A DNA stretch of 20,000 nt from an uncultured virus (IMG/VR IMGVR_UViG_3300011991_000001) (lineage: Duplodnaviria > Heunggongvirae > Uroviricota > Caudoviricetes): the IMG/VR virus record IMGVR_UViG_3300011991_000001; one strand, written 5' to 3'. This document shows positions 1-7,126 of the stretch, piece after piece. Both the position numbers and the translations under genes were made by a program. Under the pieces are notes generated by a model. It was not told the origin of the DNA. It saw nothing but the letters and a program-made list of their open reading frames with translations, and ran no database searches. Numbering within the stretch: position 1 is the first letter of the stretch; every line of letters begins with the position of its first letter.

Positions 1-1448
1 ATAATATCTTGAACATTGGTAGAGATAGAAAAACCATGCTGAAAGTATTAGGAGTAAAGAAGTCTAACAAGAATAAGAATAATATTCAACAAGCATTGGA
101 GATTTATCCTGAGTTGTTGAATGATACATATAGTAAGGAAATATTGAAACAAGTTAAAAAAAGTATGGTTAAAGAAGGTAGATCGGCTAAGTTAGACATA
201 AATGGAGTATATACTTTTATTATTCCTGACATCTACGCTTTCTGTGAGTATTTGATTCTTGGAGATACAGACCCTAAAGGATTGCTCAATGATGGAGATG
301 TATATTGTAACCTATATCCTAATTCTCCTAAACTGGATTGCCTACGCAGCCCACATCTTTACAGGGAACACGCAATCAGAAATAATATTATTGATGATGA
401 TAAGAAAAAATGGTTTATTACTAATGGGGTATATACTAGTTGTCACGATTTAATATCTAAGATCCTACAATTTGATGTTGATGGAGATAAGTCTTTGGTA
501 GTTGCTTGCCCTACTCTAATTTCTATAGCGGAGCGTAATATGGAAGGAATAGTTCCCTTATACTATAACATGAGAAAAGCTCCTGCTGAAATTATCACTA
601 ATAATAGTATCTATAATGGACTAAAGACTGCATATACAGGAGGGAACATAGGAACGGTAAGTAATAACATTACAAAGATATGGAATAGTGGAAATGTAAA
701 CCTTGAAGTAGTTAAATTACTTTGTATGGAAAATAATTTTACAATTGATTATGCTAAGACATTGTATAAACCAGTAAGACCAAAATCTAAGAAGAATATG
801 ATTACTGATTATACAAAGTTAAAAACTCCACACTTTTTTATCTACGCTAAGGATAAAGAAAAGGATAAAGTTGAGGAAGTTAATAATAGTATAGTAAATA
901 GATTGGAGAAAATAATACCTAATACTAAGATAAGTTTTGTTGCAGCGAATTTAGGAAATTTTGATTATAAGATGATGTTAAAGAACAAAAGAATAAAGCT
1001 AGATGAAGAAGTTATTAAAAAGTATAAAGAGATGGACTTGAAGAAGCATTTCATGATGAACTCTACATATGAAGATGATGAACAAAGCAACGTAACTTAT
1101 CTTTATCAAGAAATTGTAAAAAGCATATTAGAAGTTAATGAAGACATATATTATGTAACTGACGTATTGGTTAAATATCTATATGAATTTAAAAAGTCAA
1201 ATTTTAAAACTACATTATGGGAATGCTTTGGGAATGTCATTGTTGAGAATTTAAGAAAAAACGTAGAGACTAGTAAAATTTATTGTGAGGTTTGTGGAGA
1301 CATAATAGAACAAATAAGCAATAGAAAAAAGTATTGTGAGGGTTGTTTAAAGACGCTCCAAAAGCAACAGGATAGGGAATATCAACGAATGAGATATAAT
1401 TCTCGACTATTAGAGAAACGCTGTAGCCCGCCTGTGGTAAGGGTTTGA
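1..1448 (+). CDS. yonO: YonO-like single-subunit DNA-dependent RNA polymerase (RdRP-related double-psi-barrel family), 5'-truncated by the window edge
   Basis: The frame is open from base 3 (AAT ATC TTG...), so the gene starts upstream. It carries LRSPHLYREH and the catalytic QFDVDGDK (DxDGD) motif, plus a C-terminal CEVCG...CEGC zinc finger. It lies immediately upstream of an SPbeta-like late operon. Confidence 0.88.
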   Translation, partial: NILNIGRDRKTMLKVLGVKKSNKNKNNIQQALEIYPELLNDTYSKEILKQVKKSMVKEGRSAKLDINGVYTFIIPDIYAFCEYLILGDTDPKGLLNDGDVYCNLYPNSPKLDCLRSPHLYREHAIRNNIIDDDKKKWFITNGVYTSCHDLISKILQFDVDGDKSLVVACPTLISIAERNMEGIVPLYYNMRKAPAEIITNNSIYNGLKTAYTGGNIGTVSNNITKIWNSGNVNLEVVKLLCMENNFTIDYAKTLYKPVRPKSKKNMITDYTKLKTPHFFIYAKDKEKDKVEEVNNSIVNRLEKIIPNTKISFVAANLGNFDYKMMLKNKRIKLDEEVIKKYKEMDLKKHFMMNSTYEDDEQSNVTYLYQEIVKSILEVNEDIYYVTDVLVKYLYEFKKSNFKTTLWECFGNVIVENLRKNVETSKIYCEVCGDIIEQISNRKKYCEGCLKTLQKQQDREYQRMRYNSRLLEKRCSPPVVRV

Positions 1449-1615
1449 GATTATTGTGTATTGCTATAAATCCTACACTCTTACTCCCGCAACGGTCTTA
1501 GGATTTGCTTATAATAGTCTCTAAGGGAAACATAGCCTAATTTACAAAATAAAGAGATATGTATGACCCTTATGAAGAAGGGTACGATTGAAAAAATTGT
1601 GCCCTTAGTAACTTA

Positions 1616-1643
1616 TTAAATTGTGTGGTCGATCACAATTTAA
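1616..1643. promoter_or_regulatory. Inverted repeat / candidate operator resembling a CRP/FNR-family box
   Basis: TTAAATTGTG (1616-1625) and CACAATTTAA (1634-1643) are perfect inverted arms. The core TGTGT-N6-TCACA is one mismatch from TGTGA-N6-TCACA. Confidence 0.4.
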
Positions 1644-1696
1644 CTATATAAAGTATTTATCAAAAAAATAACCCTAAAAGGAGTATCTGATATATT

Positions 1697-1927
1697 TTGA
1701 AACCTATTAGTAAAGAAGAAATGGACTTCATGATCGAGAAAAAAATCTTAAAGCAATCTAAAGGGCAATTTAGAGATCAATTAGTAGTAGTTAATAAACA
1801 AGGTTCTGGTAGAGAAAAAAACAGGTTCGTTACAGATCCTCTATATAGTTTCCTACTCAGACTAAAATCGCAAGAAAAAATTAATCCTGAACAAGTAAAA
1901 CATAACCAGAAGTACCTAGTCATGTAG
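1697..1927 (+). CDS. Small basic hypothetical phage protein (76 aa)
   Basis: ORF with TTG start preceded by AAAAGGAG; same strand as neighbours and fills the gap before PIN-PhoH. Confidence 0.7.
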   Translation: MKPISKEEMDFMIEKKILKQSKGQFRDQLVVVNKQGSGREKNRFVTDPLYSFLLRLKSQEKINPEQVKHNQKYLVM

Positions 1928-1966
1928 CACGGTAGCAAAAATAAAGAGTAGAGGAATGATTCTATT

Positions 1967-3181
1967 TTGCCAACTAAAGTATTTGTAGACACGAATATTT
2001 TGTTGAATCAAAACTTTAAGTTTGAAGATTATGAAAAGGTTTTTATCAGTATTATAAGCTTAGAAGAAATTGACGGGCTTAAAAAGAGTCTAGAAGTAGG
2101 ATATAAAGCAAGATCAGCAACTAAAAGAATTAAAAGTGCTACTAATGTAGTTATAAAAATAGATTATGATTTTTCATTTGAAAACAGATTCCTTGAACAT
2201 AAGGCAGACAACTACATTTTAGGTTTCGGATGGCAGGTACATACAGAAGATAGTGAAGTAGTGTTTTTAACAGATGACTATAATCTATATATCAAAGCAT
2301 ATGCCATTGGACTTGATTGTGACTTGTTCCAATATAAAGAGATGGATGAGAATACATACAAAGGGTATAAAGAAGTAACTTTGGGTGATTTTGAATTAGC
2401 GTCTTTTTATGAAACTCCCATTAATAAATTCGATTTACTTACTAATGAATACTTAATCATTAGAGACAAAAGTGGTCAAATTGTTGATAAACAAAGATGG
2501 GATGGTAAAAAGTTCTCTCCTTTAACTATTGGTAAAAAGGATAAGCTTGATTTTACATATACTGAAAAAATCAAACCAAGAAATGTTCAACAAGAAATAG
2601 CATTTGATTTATTTCAAAACAGAGATATTAATATAAAAATAATCTTTGGTAAACATGGTTCTGGTAAAGACTTGATTATGGCTACTCATGCACTATCTAT
2701 GATTAAGCAAGGTGTTTATGACAAGTTAATATTTGTGAGAAATAACTACGAGGTAGCAGGAAGTAACCCAATTGGTTTCTTACCTGGATCTCAGGATGAT
2801 AAACTCTTGCCTTATGTAATGCCTCTAGCAGACCATGTAGGGGGCGTAGATGGATTAGTTAAGTTAATTGATGATGGCGTAGTTGTATTACAGCATTTAG
2901 GATTTATACGTGGCAGAAATATTTCAAAATCCTTAATTTATGTCACGGAAGCAGAAAATATGACTAAGGAACACATACAATTGCTCATTAGTAGATTAGC
3001 TGAAGGTAGTGCATTATGGTTAAATGGGGATTTTAAACAAATTGATGATAGTTTGTTTGAAAGGAATAATGGGTTAAAGCAAACAATTAGTAAACTTAAA
3101 GGACAACAATTATTTGGTTGTGTTGAATTAAATATTACTGAGCGTAGTATAACAGCACGATTAGCAGATTTGTTAGATTAA
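1967..3181 (+). CDS. PIN domain-PhoH ATPase fusion (PhoH2/YlaK-like)
   Basis: N-terminal PIN motifs VFVDTNILL, EEID, ADNYIL and FLTDD. PhoH motifs GKHGSGKD, IGFLPG, FIRGR, TEAEN, GDFKQID and ERS. Confidence 0.9.
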   Translation: MPTKVFVDTNILLNQNFKFEDYEKVFISIISLEEIDGLKKSLEVGYKARSATKRIKSATNVVIKIDYDFSFENRFLEHKADNYILGFGWQVHTEDSEVVFLTDDYNLYIKAYAIGLDCDLFQYKEMDENTYKGYKEVTLGDFELASFYETPINKFDLLTNEYLIIRDKSGQIVDKQRWDGKKFSPLTIGKKDKLDFTYTEKIKPRNVQQEIAFDLFQNRDINIKIIFGKHGSGKDLIMATHALSMIKQGVYDKLIFVRNNYEVAGSNPIGFLPGSQDDKLLPYVMPLADHVGGVDGLVKLIDDGVVVLQHLGFIRGRNISKSLIYVTEAENMTKEHIQLLISRLAEGSALWLNGDFKQIDDSLFERNNGLKQTISKLKGQQLFGCVELNITERSITARLADLLD

Positions 3182-3209
3182 ATATATTGAATAAAAGGAG
3201 ATAAATATA

Positions 3210-3494
3210 TTGAATAAGCAAGAACTCGTGAACGCTGTAGCTTTGAAGTCTGATATTACAAAAAAAGATGCAGAAAGATTCATTGTAGATTTATTTACAG
3301 TAATTACAGATACAGTTGCTAGTGGAGAAAAAGTACAGTTGGTTGGTACAGGTACTTTTGAAAAGAAGGCAACCAAAGGAACATCTGGCACAATTCAATT
3401 CGGTGATCGTAAAGGCGAAACATGGACTACGGAAGATTCTTTCAAACCATATTTTAATCCTGGTAAGGCATTTTCTGATAAAGTTAAGGCATAA
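3210..3494 (+). CDS. HU-family DNA-binding protein (YonN-like position), variant arm
   Basis: MNKQELVNAVA...ITKKDA...GEKVQLVGTGTFE...PYFNPGKAFSDKVK; SD AAAGGAG; TTG start. Confidence 0.92.
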   Translation: MNKQELVNAVALKSDITKKDAERFIVDLFTVITDTVASGEKVQLVGTGTFEKKATKGTSGTIQFGDRKGETWTTEDSFKPYFNPGKAFSDKVKA

Positions 3495-3605
3495 GAGAGG
3501 TATATGTGGAACAATCCCACATTACACCATTACCATATAGAAACATGAATACTAAATTGTATTTGTGTAACAAGTAAAATAGAATAATAAGGTGGAATAT
3601 AATAA

Positions 3606-3803
3606 ATGTCAGTAAAAACTGAGAAATTAGAAAGTGTTAAATTTAGTGCTAAGGGTATTTTGAATTCAATTAGCGAAGAAGGTTTTCATATTGAAGATGA
3701 GAAAACTGGAGATATTGAAGTTTTAACACTAGAAGATATTAGAACTCTTGTTGGCAAATCAGTAACTATTGCGTTCGCTAACAAAGAAGAAGTAGACGAT
3801 TAA
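3606..3803 (+). CDS. YonK-like small acidic protein
   Basis: 65 aa with a KGIL...GKSVTI...EE pattern resembling SPbeta YonK; syntenic after HU; SD AAGGTGG. Confidence 0.6.
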   Translation: MSVKTEKLESVKFSAKGILNSISEEGFHIEDEKTGDIEVLTLEDIRTLVGKSVTIAFANKEEVDD

Positions 3804-3857
3804 TCTTATGGGGAGATAAATCTATAATTTAATCTATTCTCTCTCCTCTCTATATTT

Positions 3858-4080
3858 GGGAAGTGCAATAAAGTCCATTAAACGCTCTGGTGTTTTAGTG
3901 TGGGGATTGCACGTGCTGTCGTTGGTTGGGTTAGGTCAGCTTATTAATACTAAATATACTATACTAAATAGGTTTGCTAGTGATATCTTAGATAAAAACT
4001 AGCACAGAACAAAAACTTTGCAACATGAGTTTTTCTTAGGGGAGTATTAATACTTACTTAATGTTTTTAGATTGTTGCAC
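3858..4080 (+). ncRNA. Candidate structured non-coding RNA / tRNA leader
   Basis: No ORF or SD. Three nested stems: GTGCAAT/ATTGCAC (3863-3912), TGCTAGT/ACTAGCA (3975-4004) and TGCAACA/TGTTGCA (4019-4079). Confidence 0.35.
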
Positions 4081-4085
4081 TATAT

Positions 4086-4161
4086 TGCGTGATAGCTCAG
4101 TTGGTAGAGCGTCTGACTGTTAATCAGAATGTCGCAAGTTCGAACCTTGCTCTCGCAGCCA
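4086..4161 (+). tRNA. trnN: tRNA-Asn(GUU)
   Basis: Cloverleaf: acceptor TGCGTGA/TCTCGCA (one U-U mismatch), D arm GCTC-AGTTGGTA-GAGC, anticodon arm TCTGA-CT GTT AA-TCAGA, T arm GCAAG-TTCGAAC-CTTGC, G73 and encoded CCA. Confidence 0.95.
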
Positions 4162-4164
4162 AAT

Positions 4165-4238
4165 GCCGAAATAGTTTAATGATAAAACTTCTGTTTTGTA
4201 ATCAGAGATTCACAGTTTGATTCTGTGTTTCGGCTCCA
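4165..4238 (+). tRNA. trnT: tRNA-Thr(UGU), atypical
   Basis: Acceptor GCCGAAA/TTTCGGC, D arm GTTT-AATGATA-AAAC, anticodon arm TCTGT-TT TGT AA-TCAGA, T arm CACAG-TTTGATT-CTGTG, encoded CCA. Confidence 0.85.
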
Positions 4239-4275
4239 TAAAATAATATATTCTCTTACAAGGAGGATTAAACTA

Positions 4276-4401
4276 ATGGAAAAACTAAATATTGAAGATA
4301 CAACATGCCCCTGTTGCGGTAAGCATAGGTATTTCCTAAAATTTTATTGTGAAAAAACTATTCTGTATTGTCAAGATTGTTCCTTTTGGAATGAGATTTA
4401 A
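4276..4401 (+). CDS. 41-aa zinc-ribbon microprotein (not in ORF track)
   Basis: SD AAGGAGG, then ATG at 4276; translation MEKLNIEDTTCPCCGKHRYFLKFYCEKTILYCQDCSFWNEI*. Confidence 0.7.
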   Translation: MEKLNIEDTTCPCCGKHRYFLKFYCEKTILYCQDCSFWNEI

Positions 4402-4465
4402 TTAAGATAAATCATATGGTCGATTATGATATTAATAATGAAAATAAATTGTGATGAGGTTGAGA

Positions 4466-5683
4466 ATGTCTAAAAACGAATTATATACTATAGGCGTAGA
4501 CTTCAAAAATAATAGAAATAAATATAAGACTCTACTTAATACTAATAAACCTTCTTGGTCAGACTTGAACAATTTTTATGAACTACCGTTTCCAACTGGA
4601 GAAGCATATAGACAATTTATTAAAAAACGCCAAGGTAAAGATGGTACTCTCAAAAAACAAGAAGTAATCAGAGATATTATTGTAGAAAAGAAATTAGATC
4701 AAGTTAGAGAAATTGTCGGAGAACTTGATATTAAGAAACAACAAATTAGAGACCAAAACAGACAACTTAATGCTCTAAAAAAAGACTTCATTAAGTCTGT
4801 TAGTGTTGCGGAAGATATTAAAGATTATCTATCAGAAAATTGTACGATTATTATTCCTGAATATTGTCATGAAACATTAAATGTAAATAATAGCAAATAT
4901 AAAATGATAGTCCATATGACAGACTGGCATATCGGGTATGTGATTGATAATTGTAAGGGTAATTACTATAATTGGGAAATTGCTAATAAAAGAGTAGATA
5001 AACTTATTTCTGAATGCTATAAATACATAGAATTGTATGGAATTAGTAATATTTCTGTTGTCAACACAGGAGATATAATAGAACATACTTACATGAGAGC
5101 AAATCAAAGTCAATTCTGTGAGTTTACACAATCAGAGCAAATAAATAAAGCTATTAAACTAATTTATAGATTTCTGTGTGCGTTAAGCAAATATACAAAA
5201 GTTGAATATGATAGCATTTACGGAAATCATGATAGAATAAATGGCGATAAGAAAGTTAATCTTGATGGTGATAATGCTGAAGTTATTATTAGAGAACAAC
5301 TTAAAACTTATGTAGAAATAACTAATAATAAACGTGTAAATATTATTGACAGGAAACATACAGATAAAGAGATAGTTAAGGATGTTAATGGTCTTAAATG
5401 TAAATTCATTCATGGTGAAGATTCTACCAAGGACGGTAAAAGAGCTATGAGGAATGAAATTTCTGTAGATGATCAGTTTTATGACGTTTTGTTTAAGGGA
5501 CATTTACATAACTTCAATATTGAGTCTGAGAATAACGGTAGGTATATTGTTTATACTGGTTGTTTGAGTGGTTACAACGATTATAGTGTTAAATTTGGTG
5601 CTACTACTTTTGCGTCACAAACCATTTGTATTGTTGATGATAATGGGAAAATTGAATTGATTAAGGATGTAATTTTACAATAA
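4466..5683 (+). CDS. Calcineurin-like metallophosphoesterase with N-terminal coiled coil (YonJ-like)
   Basis: Motifs TDWHIG, TGDIIE, GNHDR, IHGE and GHLH. Start moved to ATG 4466 after GAGGT. Confidence 0.85.
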   Translation: MSKNELYTIGVDFKNNRNKYKTLLNTNKPSWSDLNNFYELPFPTGEAYRQFIKKRQGKDGTLKKQEVIRDIIVEKKLDQVREIVGELDIKKQQIRDQNRQLNALKKDFIKSVSVAEDIKDYLSENCTIIIPEYCHETLNVNNSKYKMIVHMTDWHIGYVIDNCKGNYYNWEIANKRVDKLISECYKYIELYGISNISVVNTGDIIEHTYMRANQSQFCEFTQSEQINKAIKLIYRFLCALSKYTKVEYDSIYGNHDRINGDKKVNLDGDNAEVIIREQLKTYVEITNNKRVNIIDRKHTDKEIVKDVNGLKCKFIHGEDSTKDGKRAMRNEISVDDQFYDVLFKGHLHNFNIESENNGRYIVYTGCLSGYNDYSVKFGATTFASQTICIVDDNGKIELIKDVILQ

Positions 5684-5709
5684 AATTTAAGCCGAAAGGT
5701 AATATAGAT

Positions 5710-6297
5710 ATGGAAATTATGATTCAACCAGACAGAGTAATTGAAGAAATGAAAATAAATTCTGCAATTCGTGATCGCAGAATCTTCATTTGTGAGGAGA
5801 TTGATAGAGAGTCGATCTTCAAAGTAATTTACTACTTAGATAGACTTCAAGCTATTGATAAAAAGTCAGGAACTAAAAAACCTATTGAAATTGTTTTGGA
5901 CACATACGGTGGAGACGCATATTCAACAATTGCACTCTGCTCTAAAATCAGAAGTATGGTTGTAAATGACGGATATAGAATAATTACTACTGTTCATACA
6001 ATAGCTTTTTCAGGTGGGTTCTGGATATTAATATGTGGAAGTGAACGTAGAGCTTTGCCCGATTCTAGAATTATGGTTCATAGTGCTATATCTGGAACTT
6101 CTGGAAAACATCAAGATATGATTGATGATATGGAAGAAACAGCAACTATATGGAATAAACTTAAAACAATTATAACTGATACTACTAATATTTCAGATGT
6201 AAGATTAGAAGAAATCAAAAAAATGAAATATGATTGGTATTTTTGGGGTTCTGAGGCAGTTACAGATGAGTTCAATATTGTAGATAAAATTTTGTAG
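5710..6297 (+). CDS. ClpP-like (S14) serine protease
   Basis: RRIFICEEID, DTYGG (ClpP NSPGG-like), AFSGG (catalytic Ser position), R-ALPDSRIMVH (catalytic His), DWYF, IVDKIL. Confidence 0.85.
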   Translation: MEIMIQPDRVIEEMKINSAIRDRRIFICEEIDRESIFKVIYYLDRLQAIDKKSGTKKPIEIVLDTYGGDAYSTIALCSKIRSMVVNDGYRIITTVHTIAFSGGFWILICGSERRALPDSRIMVHSAISGTSGKHQDMIDDMEETATIWNKLKTIITDTTNISDVRLEEIKKMKYDWYFWGSEAVTDEFNIVDKIL

Positions 6298-6314
6298 GAA
6301 ATAGGAGAATTAAT

Positions 6315-6644
6315 ATGTCGCTAGAAGAAAAGGAAACAAAAACAGAAGATACTATTCTACCTGTAGAATTAAATAAACCAGATTCAGATATAATTATGTT
6401 CTTTGAACCTATGGAGTTAAGTGTACCTAAGCAACTTGATAAAGAAGAGTTTATTAGGGGTATTAAAGAAGCAAGTTGTGCTTGTGGTATGTATACTGCA
6501 TTAATAAATTGTGGTTGGAGTATGGAAGATGCTGTTGCTTATATTTTTAATAAAATGAATATCGAGAATAATATTGCAATCAGTAAAATTTCGGCAGAAG
6601 CTTCTAAGCATAATTCTAATGCAAAGGATAATTCAGAACTATAA
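6315..6644 (+). CDS. Hypothetical phage protein (109 aa)
   Basis: ORF with SD AGGAG, in operon context. Confidence 0.75.
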   Translation: MSLEEKETKTEDTILPVELNKPDSDIIMFFEPMELSVPKQLDKEEFIRGIKEASCACGMYTALINCGWSMEDAVAYIFNKMNIENNIAISKISAEASKHNSNAKDNSEL

Positions 6645-6696
6645 ATTTAACAGCAATGTCAACTTTAAAATAAATAATAAAGGTGGATAAATATTA

Positions 6697-7041
6697 ATGC
6701 GTGTATTTAAATCAGAAACAGCATGGGATAAAATAGAACAACAATGGTATCAGTCTTTTGAAATTGATGGTGATATTGTTGATATGGAAACTTATTGTAT
6801 GGAATTAGAGGTTGAGCAAACAGAAATCCCAAAAGAAGTTTTTGAATGTCAGTGCCCAGATTGCGTTGAATCAGATAAAGAGGATTACCTTACAGAAGCA
6901 GTTAATATGATTATGGAAGGTATGTGCCCTCAACATATTTATGAAATGCTTCAAGATATTTTTAATGAAGGTTATGGTGATGGCTTTGAAGAAGGAATGC
7001 AGGAGATGAAAATTGTAATGCAGGACTTTTTAGAAGATTAA
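6697..7041 (+). CDS. Highly acidic hypothetical protein with CxCxxC (114 aa)
   Basis: SD AAGGTGG; about 31 D/E versus 6 K/R by manual count; CQCPDC motif. Confidence 0.75.
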   Translation: MRVFKSETAWDKIEQQWYQSFEIDGDIVDMETYCMELEVEQTEIPKEVFECQCPDCVESDKEDYLTEAVNMIMEGMCPQHIYEMLQDIFNEGYGDGFEEGMQEMKIVMQDFLED

Positions 7042-7055
7042 TTTATAGGTATTTA

Positions 7056-7087
7056 AAATGCTCTATCTTTGTTTAGATAGAGCATTT
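7056..7087 (+). terminator. Perfect 13-bp hairpin before the packaging genes (terminator or stabiliser)
   Basis: AAATGCTCTATCT-ttgttt-AGATAGAGCATTT; no long U tract after the stem. Confidence 0.5.
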
Positions 7088-7126
7088 ACTTATGTCTATA
7101 AACATGAATTAAAGGAAGGGAAATTT

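Noticed and set aside
259..453. Alternative-frame ORF (64 aa) inside the RNA polymerase gene
   Set aside because: It lies wholly within a motif-bearing CDS and has no recognisable features; treated as a shadow ORF.
1487..1515. TATAAT at 1510-1515 as a sigma-A promoter
   Set aside because: There is no -35 hexamer at 17 bp (CCGCAA) and no correctly spaced TG extension; the hexamer is part of a stem arm.
3316..3540. 74-aa + strand ORF overlapping HU
   Set aside because: Out-of-frame overlap with a confident HU gene and no SD.
3902..3935. G-rich run as a G-quadruplex or a third degenerate tRNA
   Set aside because: Only uneven two-tier G tracts, partly engaged in a stem; no cloverleaf, T-loop or CCA.
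7058..7126. N-terminal extension of the YonG-like ORF from ATG 7058
   Set aside because: The ATG is buried in the 13-bp hairpin without an SD; GTG 7127 has a better SD.
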